Assembly (NCBI GenBank): GCA_046563655.1
Contig: CM102290.1
Coordinates: 4,898,001 to 4,962,000, forward strand
Direction of reading: 5' to 3'
DNA: 64,000 bases
Origin: Yuukianura sp. NJ FZ-2021
Lineage: Eukaryota
Shown: positions 26,445 through 38,300 of the stretch, piece after piece
Numbering within the stretch: the stretch's first letter is position 1
How the letters are laid out: every line of letters begins with the position of its first letter
Notes under the pieces: model-generated
What the model was told of the DNA's origin: nothing
Database searches by the model: none
Seen by the model: the letters and a program-made list of their open reading frames with translations, nothing else
Translations under genes and position numbers: made by a program

Positions 26445-27793
26445 CTAAATAATGCCAATTTTATTCGCGACGTCCAGGGCGTCGAAATCAGGAGCCAACC
26501 GTACGTAGGCCTTCTTCTTTCCATCAGGGCGTACCAGAGTGTTGACCTTTACCACGTCCACTTCATACAACTTCTTCACGGCAGCCTTCACGTGGTATTT
26601 GTTAGCCTTAAGGTGGACTACGAAAACTAGAGTGTTGTTGTCTTCGATTTTCTTCATCGCAGCTTCCGTTGTTAGTGGATACTGGATAATGTTATAGGCG
26701 TCCATCCTAAAAATTGAGAACCATAGAATGGTTGCAATCGATTTTTGTAGCACCGAAATCGAAATTGACTTTGCTTCGACAGAATTTTACCTGTTCCTTG
26801 TTGGAATGGATTTCCTAGGGTATTTAGGATTCCGGGCAGGGCGGAAAGTCCTAGGGCGCTTGAAGTGCACAGAAGTTCGGATTTTCCTGATTCTCTTTCG
26901 GTCTCCATCGGCACCCTTGATAACCTGTGAAGCCCAAGAAACACAAAAACAATTAGTGATTGAAATATTACAAATAATGTTTTTATAATACACTGTAGTA
27001 TCAGATTTCAGAATCCTCTGATTTTTATCATCGTTTTCATAGAGATTCCCACAAAATATCATCATTGCCAAGTACAACCGGTGTTGCCTAATATTCGAAT
27101 AAAGTGACATTGAATTTACCTTCTTTGAAACCTTCAAAGCTTTCTTGATGGCTTGGTTGCGGATCTTCTTCTGGATGAGCTTCCTCTGCAGTCTTGGAGC
27201 CAACTTGGGCTTCTTCTCGGCCTTAACCTTTGGCGCAGCGGGTGAAGCGGTTTTCGCTGGAGAAGCCTCGGCCTTTGGAGCTGGTGCTTTTTTCTTCGTA
27301 TCCTCCTTTGCTGCAGGTTTCTTTGCAGCGGGTTCCTTTTTCGAAGCTGCGGCTGGCTTAGCTGCGGGCTTCTTTGCTATATAAACAAATATTTCAAATT
27401 AAACTAAAATAAATTTTCTCTGAGGCTCGTGGATTTGGTGTATTTTGGATTCCAAAGCACGGGCAGACTGAAAGGCAACTCTTTAGATGTAGTTGCTGGT
27501 CATTCCAGCAACTACCAACCAAGGATCGGAAACGAAATTGCACTATCTTTTAGAACCGTTGTTGTTACTAGTACCTAGGTTTCCGTTGTTGCTCAATACA
27601 ACTTTGTTCAAGTAAAATTATGAACCCCTCCTACTGATGGTTATAATACGATTTACACGTTTATATTTCCATATCCAAAAATCAAATTTCCGTTCACACG
27701 ATTGAGTATTCAGTCTACCCTTCGTAATATGTTGTGTATGTTGTCAAAGATCACGCGTAGAATGACCTTACCTGGTTCCTTTTTCGGGGCCAT
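26445..27793 (-). CDS. RpL23A: 60S ribosomal protein L23a (uL23) with Lys/Ala/Pro-rich N-terminal extension; coding exons 27772-27793, 27120-27376, 26791-26924, 26445-26706; 224 aa
   Basis: Phase-consistent GT-AG splicing; conserved core [13 protein letters not shown]...PKYPRKS...[33 protein letters not shown]...[34 protein letters not shown]. Confidence 0.97.
26997..27069 (-). ncRNA. Intronic box C/D snoRNA, SNORD79 (U79)-like guide for 28S rRNA 2'-O-methylation
   Basis: Sense to host, inside RpL23A intron 26925-27119: box C ATGATGA (27065-27059), guide GTGGGAATCTCT (27052-27041) complementary to the conserved LSU rRNA motif GAGAUUCCCAC, D'-like ATGA (27040-27037), C'-like CGATGA, box D CTGA (27004-27001). 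Terminal stem is weak. Confidence 0.8.
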
Positions 27794-27808
27794 GGTATTG
27801 ACAAAGCA

Positions 27809-27990
27809 CTAATAGAGAGTCAAATACCACTAAAAATCGTTGTTCCTCTTACACGGTCAAGGGTCACGTCACCTACGAAATTGCAGCAAACTGATGCTGT
27901 TTGACTTACCGGAACGACGAGACACACGAGACACGATTCAAAAGAATGGATTCAGAAACAGGCTGCAAATTCAGATGCAGAAAGACAGGC
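27809..27990 (-). promoter_or_regulatory. RpL23A TCT/5'TOP-type start site (~27984), non-coding first exon (~27910-27984) and 5'UTR intron 27809-27909
   Basis: Minus strand GTCTTTCT resembles the polypyrimidine TCT initiator of ribosomal protein genes; strong donor CCG|GTAAGT at 27909 and acceptor TATTAG| at 27809, just upstream of the ATG. Confidence 0.6.
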
Positions 27991-29927
27991 GGCGAGGCCT
28001 GTGCAGAGTTTTGCGCCTCAGCATTGTATTACCTGCGCGGGGAGCATTTAAAATTTAATTTAAATTTAAGTTATCGTTAATCCATTCACGTTAATGTATT
28101 ATAAAACATGCCCTCGTTTCATCTACCTTGAGGTAATAAGTTAATACAATCTATATACAACTAAATCATAATATTCATGTTAGGTGATGTCGTTGAAGTA
28201 GTATTGTGTTTATGAGACAACCTTTAAGGCCGGATTAGCAGTGGTACTTCACGTAGTGCATACTCACAGTTATACTTGTGAAGAATTTAAGTCTCCGCAT
28301 AAGCATAATGTGTATAAAATTAATGGAAACTGCAAATCTTTTTATGAAAAAAAAAACTTTTTTGTGCAAATTAAATTATACTTATTGACTTTAGTAATAA
28401 ACAATGAAGAATAGGCGCAGAAGCTGCCTAAAATTAATTCTAAGTAACTAATATTTTTTCCAATTTAAAAATGCATGGTACCTAAGATTTACATGTACTA
28501 CTATTGAGCTTGTTTTCATCGGTTACTTTTCTTGCATACTATTATGTACTATATTATTTTTCTAAAGGTAATATTTTCTGTGTGAGCACAACTCGGATAC
28601 TGGTTCATTGTAGCTGTGGATTAGATCCCACTACATTGTAAGGGAAGGTTGTGTGGCGCCCACGTATCGGCGTTTGAGAGGAGCGAGAAAAAAATGAGTC
28701 GATGAATGAATTGGTACATAATTTCGACGAAATCATTTCATTAAAATAAAGGAATTGCTCAATTGGTGATTAATTTTGAAAATTATATGCATTTTTTTAC
28801 TCATGAAAACAACTTTTGCAATTTTTGCTAGTTAAATGAGTGGAAATTTAGAGTTGAGTAGATGCCGCTCTACGATCTCACAGCAGAAGGGTGTGCATGT
28901 ATGCTGTATGTGAGAGAGACGACAATTGGTTCGCCCAGGTGGCGCTTCGTTACAAAACATTGTTTACGAAGTTCGCCTGCCTAATCCACAGACAATTGGG
29001 AAATCCGCGAGCGATTTCGTATCCGGTTGACGCCTTAAATTCCTTCCTAAAAATCAATTATGCCAATATAAATAAATGCAACAGTTAAACGTTGCGGCGA
29101 CTGCACGCCCCTTCCACCTCATGTTAAATGTTAAAATGGGCGCCTAAACAGCAAGAACAGCGCCAACAATAAGCGCACAGAGAGAATTCGTACACATGCT
29201 ACGCTGCATTCATTTATTCCCATGATTAGTCCCTCCCATGTCCCACAAAAAATAAATAAACAAAAACCATATGATGTATTCAAGTCCGAGTCCGAGTTCA
29301 GACAAGATATGGTACTGTGAAATAATTAATTCATAATTTACAGAGTTACACTAGTAAGTTGCAATCGACTAACCTTTAAGAGTGCTGTAGATGTTTGTCA
29401 ACTCCGTATCACTCTTAATGGAAGAAATGGAAAGGCTGTTCAACGACATATTCTAATAATCAGAATTCTTAGAACTAGAACTAGAAGGTAGGTAACAATA
29501 TTGTATTCCCTAATTGGTATTTCATTTTAGTTTTCGAAATATCACATTCACAAGAACTTTGCGAGTTTGAATATTTTTATCTTGTTCTAATGCACAGAGA
29601 CGAACATGTATTCACAAGTATGGCAGATGGCTGACCTACCATTAGCGTATACTTTACGCTGCGGAAATTCCGCATGGAGCTAAAATTGTTGTCTATCATG
29701 TCTGCCCATTGATTCTCATCGGAACGTTGCGTACTGAATATTTCGTATATGAGTAGTAGCAGCCCTGACTTTAATGTGAAACAGATCTTCTGAAAATTGT
29801 GAGTGGTAAACGCACTTCCGACTTTATTGAAACTGAACATAATGGCAATATTGTCCTATCTCTTTACAGATTGCTGAGAAGTGTTCAAAAACATAAAGAC
29901 AATATACACTTTTGTCCTTCTTCATTG

Positions 29928-31122
29928 ATGATGAGAATCAAAAGTCGGCAAGTTACGGAGTTTCCGCAGGCTTTAGATCACGCCAGTTCCCCTTATGGTC
30001 TGAACGCATTTACTCCGTCGGCGAGATCCCTTTCCGACGAAAATGCTCCTGATGCATCCGAGCTACATTTGAGATCCAAACGAATGACCGTCAGAATGGC
30101 TAAGGCTGTATTCGTTGGTGACGTTGGAGTGGGGAAAACGTCAATAATTAACAGATTCTGCAGAGATATATTTGAACTTAATTATAAACCAACGATTGGT
30201 GTGGACTATGAGATGGAAAGGTTCTGGCTTCTGAATGTTCCTTTCAATCTTCAAATGTAAGGTTATAGATTTCACACTTTTTATTCCGTTTATAATATTA
30301 TGTTATGTAGCATGAGTGAATATTTCTAAACCGTTGTGTTGATTTCAGATGGGATACTGCAGGTCAAGAACGCTTCAAATGCATAGCAGCATCCTACTAC
30401 CGAAGTTCCAACGGTAATACCATTTTTGAAACTAGTTCGTCTATCGCTTAGAAATAAGAAATTGTTAAGGACCCTACCAATCATGTTTAGTAATCGTCAC
30501 GGTGTTTGATGCAAATAATTTGGAAAGTCTCTCAACATGTCAGCGATGGATGGACGATGCTGTACAAGCCAATGCTATCGTGCCTTTAAAGTTTCTTGTA
30601 GCGACCAAAATGGATTTAGTTGTAAGAACTGCACATATTACTTTTGGATTACTACATATTGAATATTAATGTTTATTAATGAATATTATGAATACTAATA
30701 TTGATTGATGTTTCTTTGAATATTTTGTTTCTGTTTTAGAATGAGAATCATCGTGAAAAGATTTTTGAAATGGGCAAACGTATGGCAAATTTACTTGGAG
30801 CGGAATTTTGGCCAGTATCTTCAAAATCTGGAGAAAACGTGGAGTTATTCTTTAGAAGAATCACAGTTCTTGCGTTTGAAACTAGCTTGGCCAGAGACGT
30901 CACCGAAAGCATCTCGCACGCTCAAGCCCAAAGTCGAAGAAGTCAATGTAAGCCACACGCAATATGAAACTGAACTTTTAGTATTAAGAATTATTGCAAA
31001 CTTAAAATTCCTTTCAATTGTGCGTTTCAGCAATCATTCATAACTTACGATCGGATGAAACCCGTAGTCCTGGAAGTCCTAGCCGTGCTGCAACTAAATG
31101 TGCTTCTTGCAAAACGTCTTGA
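29928..31122 (+). CDS. Rab34/Rab36-like small GTPase; exons 29928-30256, 30349-30413, 30491-30621, 30740-30947, 31031-31122; 274 aa
   Basis: P-loop GDVGVGKT, INRFC...NYKPTIGVDYEMERF, IWDTAGQERFKCIAASYYR, ATKMD, AEFWPVSSKSGENV..FFRRI..LAFE, matching the Rab34/36 subfamily signature including the N-terminal extension (RQVTEFPQ). Start ATG chosen by similarity; an acceptor at 29868 suggests a 5'UTR intron. Confidence 0.92.
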
Positions 31123-31643
31123 AAATTGTATCCTCCACTTCATAGTCCTTAAATCTGCGACAAAGCTATAATTATAGCCGCCGCACATTCCTACATTCCT
31201 AATGGAAAATGCTATTCCGTTCAAATCTATGTCAACGGTAAAGGATTTGTTAGTTTACTTAGTTTTCGCAGTTTAAGTCTTCGTCTCACTTGCAAGTTTT
31301 GATCTAACAACGTTACAAATACTGATCTCAAAATTGCTTTCACGTTAGTGATTTTGTACTTGTGATTCTTGAACTTAAGCTTTCTTCAATACAAGTATTC
31401 CATAGATTTTAGAAATTCTATTTCCTCAAAGTTTCTTTTCATAATAGAAGTTCCATAAATTACGTTTTTATTCACTTGGGGTTTGTTTCACATGTATCTT
31501 TAGTATGGCAAATCACAATTAAAACTTAAGTTTCCAGGTTGCAAACTAGCAGCAAACTAGCCTTTCAAATTTGTATGCAGGTTGTTGCAAAAATCATCGC
31601 CACACTAACCTAGAGTCATATTAGTGAATACTGTACAATTTGT

Positions 31644-34600
31644 CTAATCTTGTTTCAATGATCCTAGTTTCCGTCCATCCTCGTCGTCATCATCCTCTTC
31701 TTCATCTTCCGGTTCTTTGGATGGTGGTTGAGGTGGAGGTGGATAAAATGGTATTTCGGCCGGACGCGTTGGATTTATTAATTTTTGCACTGCTTCGGTA
31801 AGGAAAGGCTGAGCTGGGAAAAATTGCCATTCGGATCGGTAGCCAGGATCAAATTCAAAATCTATGCACTCGCCCCTGCAAATAGTGCATCATGTATGTT
31901 GGAAAAGTCATGAGAGTATTTGTAGTGAACCCAGTTTTAGTCACTGGATATTCCGGACTACCGTCGGAAAGCTCATCTCTAGGACATTTCGGTCCACCCT
32001 CATCGAAATGACCAAAACTAAGTCCAACCTTACTTTCTTTAGATTTTAAATTTGGGAGGCGTGGCCAGGTTTTGCACTTGGCGCAGACGTGTACTGTATA
32101 TACATTTCGGTCATTTCAGACTTTTCAGACGTTTTGAACAAAAATTATAAAAAAGTGACCGAAATTGGGATCATGGCTTACATGTCTGTTTTCTAACTCA
32201 AATGCAATTTGACTATATAGTATGACCTTTCGTTTTAGCTTTAGATTGTTAAGGCTTTTGATACCAAAAAATATAAAAATTGAAAATGACATTTTGGTAA
32301 ACGAAAACAGAACAGAAAAAATTATGTTTTAGATTTTCACGGGAAAAGCAATGAATTTAAGTGCTGTGGAAGTGATGATTATACGAGCGGATGAACTGAA
32401 AAAGTAATGGAAAAATTTTGTTTCGTAAAAAAACAAGGCTACGAAGGCACTATACTTTGACTTTAATTTTGTTATTATAATGAAAAAAAAATCCAATTCA
32501 ACATCCAAACAACAAACCCTTTACAGTTTTTTTTACTTCATTTTCATACAACGCTTCATTGCCTTTTTCCATTAAAATTCATTTCAAAAATTGACAAATC
32601 ATGGAGCAACAGCTCAGTTAATTCCTACTCAATTTTTACTTTCATATTCACTGTTTTTGCGAAATGCGTTTTCTTGTTCCACCAAACTTGCAAAATCTTT
32701 CTCTTTTTTTGCAATTTGCGGAATTTGCACAGATTCAATGGCCAGATGCTTGTAGGAATATTGAAGTTGTATTTTGTTAATCAAGAACCTTGCCTCAAAG
32801 GGACGCTCATGCGAAATTAACAATGACAGATTAAACTTATCTTTTGCGAAATTCCTGAGATTTGTTATTCTTTACCCTTTACTACACTTTTGTTTCCTAA
32901 CGCATACTTCTTTCAGGTTTGTTTTATTACCGAAAATGATTTTAAGTAAGAACGACTTACGTGATGCGATGACGGCGACACCATTTGACAGGAGGTCGCT
33001 CAGCATAGCAAAGTGGCTTGAGGATATTAAAATACAAATTTGCAATTTTGAAACTAGCTAGAGTGCTGAACGTCTTATCCCTGCAATTGATGAGAATTCA
33101 TTAAAAGTTTAATCCCATTTGAACAGAAGCCGACCCTCAGCATGGGGTAGTTCAGTGACTCCCTTCCGAATTTAACAAACAATTCTTTTTTTTAAAAATT
33201 TAAAAATAAAGTCAGGGACAAGGCCATTCATGCTAGTGAAATCACATCTTGGTTTAATCTTTAGAAAAAGAAAATTATACCATTGACTAACCTTTGTAAG
33301 CAGGTACGAAACTTTTCATCACATTCACAATGTGACCTACAACAAAAACAAAAGGACAAGCTTAGCAAAGTTGTGAGATCGTTGCATAGTTTAACTGCAT
33401 TAATTTTCAAAGCCACTCTTCATTTGTAATCAGAAGAATCAAGGAATTTGGAAGTTTTATTGACAACCAAGGGCCTACCGTGGTTGCAATTTTCAATCAA
33501 ATCCTTATGCCTAAGACGCATCGTTACCTCGTAAATTCAGAGTCATTACAAAGTCCGTGTTTACATTCCTTGCCTTCCATGTTGTCTTCACAAAGGTCAT
33601 GGGAACGGCAACATTTGTCTGTTTCAACGTAGATTCCGAGGTCATCGTGGTTCTTGGCTGAGGATCCGGCGCCACACCATTTTGTGCCTAAAAGAATTAC
33701 CTAAATGTGATGTAAAGTCACGGTATCATGGACGAAAGTGAAAGTCACACGCGTAGATTCTCTGTACGAAAGCTACAGTGTGCGAAAATGAAGCTTAAGC
33801 ATTCCGGTCATACACATTTTTATGTGAATATCCTCAGGAGGATATCCTCAAATACTATTGTGATATTTTGACAACGTTGACGTTGACGACTGACAAGGAC
33901 AAGTGTCTGCACAGCACGACAAAATTCGCAAAGGAACAAAAGAATTTTGATGTAAGATACCGCCCTTGCTTCCGTTAAGAAAATGCGTCGTATCAAGGTT
34001 AACAAATGGGGAATCTTTTTTTTTGTGCCCAAAATAGGTTAGAAATCACGTTAAAAAAACCTAACCAGTGGAAACTAAAGAGAAACAAAGTTTCAAAATT
34101 TTGACAAGTAATTTTTTCGTCGGAGTCCGAAATTTTTACGTTGAATATTTGATACTTTAAAAAAAAGGTGAAGAAGTGAAATTCCGATTTCCAATTACAT
34201 ATGTGAAAATTCTGTTTTTTATGAAAGTCGTTAGTAGACCATAAAATATTTCTTTTGTTAAATACACAGACTTGTGAATGACATCACCTGGAAAAATTAA
34301 GGGAAGTTTTGGTGCGTCAGTTGGCTCTGCTACGTCATTGGTGGAGGTACTTGTGTCATTTTTGGTGGGTGGATGTCCAGTGGCCACTGGGTGGACCAGT
34401 GACCCATCTCTGGTACTGTTTGTATTGTTTGCATCTACTCTACTTCCTTCAGTGGTAGTACTCTCTCTTTTGACCAGGGGTGGGGCATAGGGGGGTGCTC
34501 TATTATTGAGGAATGCTTCCAGTTGACACTTTCCAATCATGAGGCGAAATTGGATGTAGTTGAGTGCTTTGACAGCGTCTCTCTTCGTTTCCTGGATCCA

Positions 34601-35306
34601 CACGGCATCCCTGCAATGTAAATTTAGACAAAGTTTCCACTGATCAAGTCAAATACAATCATCACCAAGGGTGTTTGAAGAGTGAAAGTTGAGGAATTAT
34701 GTCAATAGGAAGGAGGCTTAGAAGCGAATTGAAAGTGGCAGAATCCTCAGCCCCTTATGTTGCGGCCTATAATATTGATTAAGTCATTAGGTTAGGGCTC
34801 TTCCCAGAGATCCACTTACTCTCCTTGGAAAATTTGACAGGCATTCCCTGGACCAATTTCGATCACTTCAGAACCTATCAATCAAACAAAAGCAGTTAGC
34901 GACAGCAACAGCAGATTGATTCATCATTGCCATCATCCAATTCTTTCACTTTGAAAAGATGATATAATGGTACATAATCTAAAGCTAATTTCAGAATTTT
35001 TTTTACCGAAAACTAGAAAAATCAAGCAAAATGCCAAATCAGTGACGACTTTTTCAAGTTTGTCTTTATTGTCTTGATATATATTGTCATCAATATCTTG
35101 ATGTTGTTCATTTTACCTTTTTTGTTTGTGTAGTACTTGTATTTTGGCGCAGTTTGTTGATTAGTTGTTGCGTGTCTCGCATCTGCAACGTGCTTTCGAT
35201 GTTGATGCTGTTGATGATTATCGATGAGAGTTGATGAGGTCAAAATGACTGCCAACGAAATCAGGAAAATCACTTTTCCATCAAAGAAACACTTCGTTAG
35301 AATCAT
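31644..35306 (-). CDS. Group III secreted phospholipase A2 (bee-venom-type domain) with signal peptide, pro-region and acidic tail; exons 35117-35306, 34820-34874, 34288-34610, 33528-33687, 33292-33336, 32961-33080, 31644-31875; ~374 aa
   Basis: Catalytic exons are missed by the ORF track. Spliced core: IFPGTKWCGAG (Ca2+ loop)...TDKCCRSHDLC (His-Asp active site)...KHGLCNDSEFTRSHCECDEKFRTCL...LYFNILKPLCY...GECIDF...WQFF. Hydrophobic N-terminus VIFLISLAVILTSS. All phases consistent. Confidence 0.93.
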
Positions 35307-38300
35307 TGCCCAATTACTGCGATTTTTATTGCAGACGAATCCCAATCACTTCTTGGAAATAAAAACTTGAAACAAAAACATAAACACAAAACCCCACTTT
35401 TGAAATTTTCAAAATCAAATTTCTTTTCAGAGATGTTTTCACTGCACGAACTTTCTCCAGAACTAAAGACTAAAATTGCAAAGGATTCAGCAGTTAATCA
35501 CTCTGTTCCTACTCTACTCCGTTTACTCAATGAGCCAACAACGCCAGCCAAGATTCATCCCCACGTAAAAGAAATCTTCATTTGTGAAACTCGCCATTTA
35601 GTACTACAGCGGGAGTCCAATGATCGTAGTCACCTTTAGTATTCCAGGAACTTCCAAGACACAAAAACTTGTTAGCATTTTCAATTTGAACAGAAATCAA
35701 AGATGAAGATGGCGAGAATGGCCCAGTGCTAGTTTACAACTGACTTGGGAAGTTTATTGGGAGATGCTTAAACTCAGAAAAACAAAAAATGCTGCCATTA
35801 TTCAGCATCCCTATCAACTCAGGGGATCTACCTGGCCCAAATTGCAGCACCACTTGAGAGATACTGGCAATTACAAATGCAATTATGAATCTCATGCCAT
35901 CACTCAAAGTGGATTACTTTGTGGCAGCCCGTAGTGCAATCTGCAGTGGAGGTGTTTGACAACTATGCTTTACTGAGAGCATTTTTATAACGGACGCTAT
36001 ACGCAGCAGAAGCAGTGTTAGTTAATATTCTTACGAAAATTGTTTGTCTTGGCCCATTTACTGCACCTATACTTTTACCGGAAATTTCCAAATACAAACC
36101 CAATTCCTTTATACTTTGAAGCTGAAATCCCACGGTCTCCAATAAATGACACTAATAAATTTTTTGGCCGGCTGTAAGAAAGTTTGCGGTACTTGGCTCT
36201 TTTGCTTCTCCCAAATACAACCTTCGTCATGGTCAGGTCAGCATTACTCAACGGAGTCACCGCTCACGTTTCTGCCCACGTCACTACAGTGGAATCTTAC
36301 TGCCAAAACAATAACTTACCCAATTCTACCTGTCCTACCCACGACATTCTTACACAAAAAAAAACAGCATCTTTTAGTGTTCCTTCAGTACTTGGAAAAG
36401 TAGTCAAAAAATTTCAATTTCTAACGACAGGGTTATACTGTTGTACCACCGTCCTTGTCTTAGTCATTAATGTTTCCAATCAAGAAAATTAAAATCAAAA
36501 CTTGAGAAACTTAAACATGTATTTAGTAATTCTGCAACCCTTACAATTTTGCTACGACGTAAAAGTCTCTTGAAAAGCTTTCAAAGCAAAGCAAAACTCA
36601 TATGTATGTTCAAAGTATCATATAAAATTCTCAAAATATGACTGCATTTTTTAGCGAAAAATTTTTTCTGAGAAAAGAAAACCGACTTGGTGAAAGTGTT
36701 TCAGCGTTAAGAAAAGTCGAAATGTGTCTATGGAATAATTGAGTTAATTTTCAAAAGTCAAATGCTAGTATCGATCAACTTTCGAAAGCAGAACGGTCTT
36801 TGGTACGGTACAAAAAATCTCTGTTGGTAGAAAGATCTTGAACTTTTTGAACTGCGCCACAAACTTTACCAAAAGCTTTCCATGTGCTACATTTTTTGGG
36901 TCATTTGTTGACCGAGTTCTGAAAGACAATAAAAATAAAAAGTAAAAAACTAGAAAAGTCCATCTAAAATCCGTGTTAGGGAGCAGCAGTGAAAGTCTCA
37001 GACTTTGTTTTCATGTTCGCCTGCGTCCTTCATCTTTAACTTTCACACGCTCCCACCCCGAAACCCACCACCCCAAATCGTAGCACACTCCCGCCCGCCC
37101 CCCACTTCAACCTCTTTCCGAATAGAGTTATCGTCTAGAAAAGTTTCCTATTGGCTTTTTAAGAAATGCTGACACTTTCTTTTCTAGTGGTAAGATTTTG
37201 TACAATTGTCAATTTGTGTACAACCCTTGCTTTTTTCAAGCACATTAAACTTCTTTACTAAACCTCAAAGAACGTTAAATCTTGAGACGATTTTCAATCA
37301 GGTTCTGAATTGGTTTTTAGTCTTCTGAAGGCACATGTCTACGACATGCTAAAAAGACTATTGATACGAATTCGTCCATCTGTCCGTCGCCTGTTTTATG
37401 ACTGGTTGCACTCCAGCATCAGCCAATTTCCTCACGGACAAATAAACACTTTGCGCTTGCCGTATACCAACATTACGCTGAAAACCGAACTTTCATAACA
37501 TAAATCAGGGCGGTCATACTACCTAATATACAAATGTTTATTTTCGCACTAGTTCGTACTTATTACCCAACTTAGATATAAGTTAGTTACGATTCCGTTG
37601 TTACGTTATTACGATTAAATTATATACGAACTATACTACCTTAAGCACTATACGAACCTATTATACGAAGCACTTTTAATTTTTGTTGAGGTCCCAATCC
37701 TACTTAAAATATTACTTTACAACAAAAATTTGAACCGCTCCACTTCTGACAGATGTTACTAACATTTTTAATCGACAGAAACTGTTCGACGCTCCATGTT
37801 AGGGACGGTATTTCGTTTCGGTACCGATATTTTGACGCTGATGAATGGACATGATTTTAGTGCATTGAAAGCCAACAGATTGCAGCAAATCATGGTATAA
37901 TTCATGTACAGTTAAAAGCCAGCCATATCGGCACTGAAAATTATGAAAAGCCGTAAAAGAAATCTACGTTGAAAAGCGTCACATATTTTCATGCAAACGG
38001 TTTCTCGACGTTATTGCGGCCGGTACGACATGTATGTAGCCATATTAATTGTCAACTCCTACAGAAGACGCGCTCAACCTTTGAGCACTGCCGTACCTTG
38101 TTTGATTTTTTGAAAACCGATCTTCTCCAGGGAAATCTCAATCGAATTCGCCAAGAGAAAAAAAAATTCAATAAAAAAACCAAATAAACATTGTTGTGGA
38201 ACCAAATTGAATTTTGAATAAATTCGAAACTATTAAGCAAAACTTTTGTAAGCTTTTGTGTTGCTGGTTACAGTTTGAAGGAAAACTATAAATAAACCAT

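Noticed and set aside
32034..32094. Exon-like segment in the last PLA2 intron (VCAKCKTWPRLP...)
   Set aside because: Open only in phase 1 whereas the flanking junction is phase 2; the PLA2 domain is complete without it.
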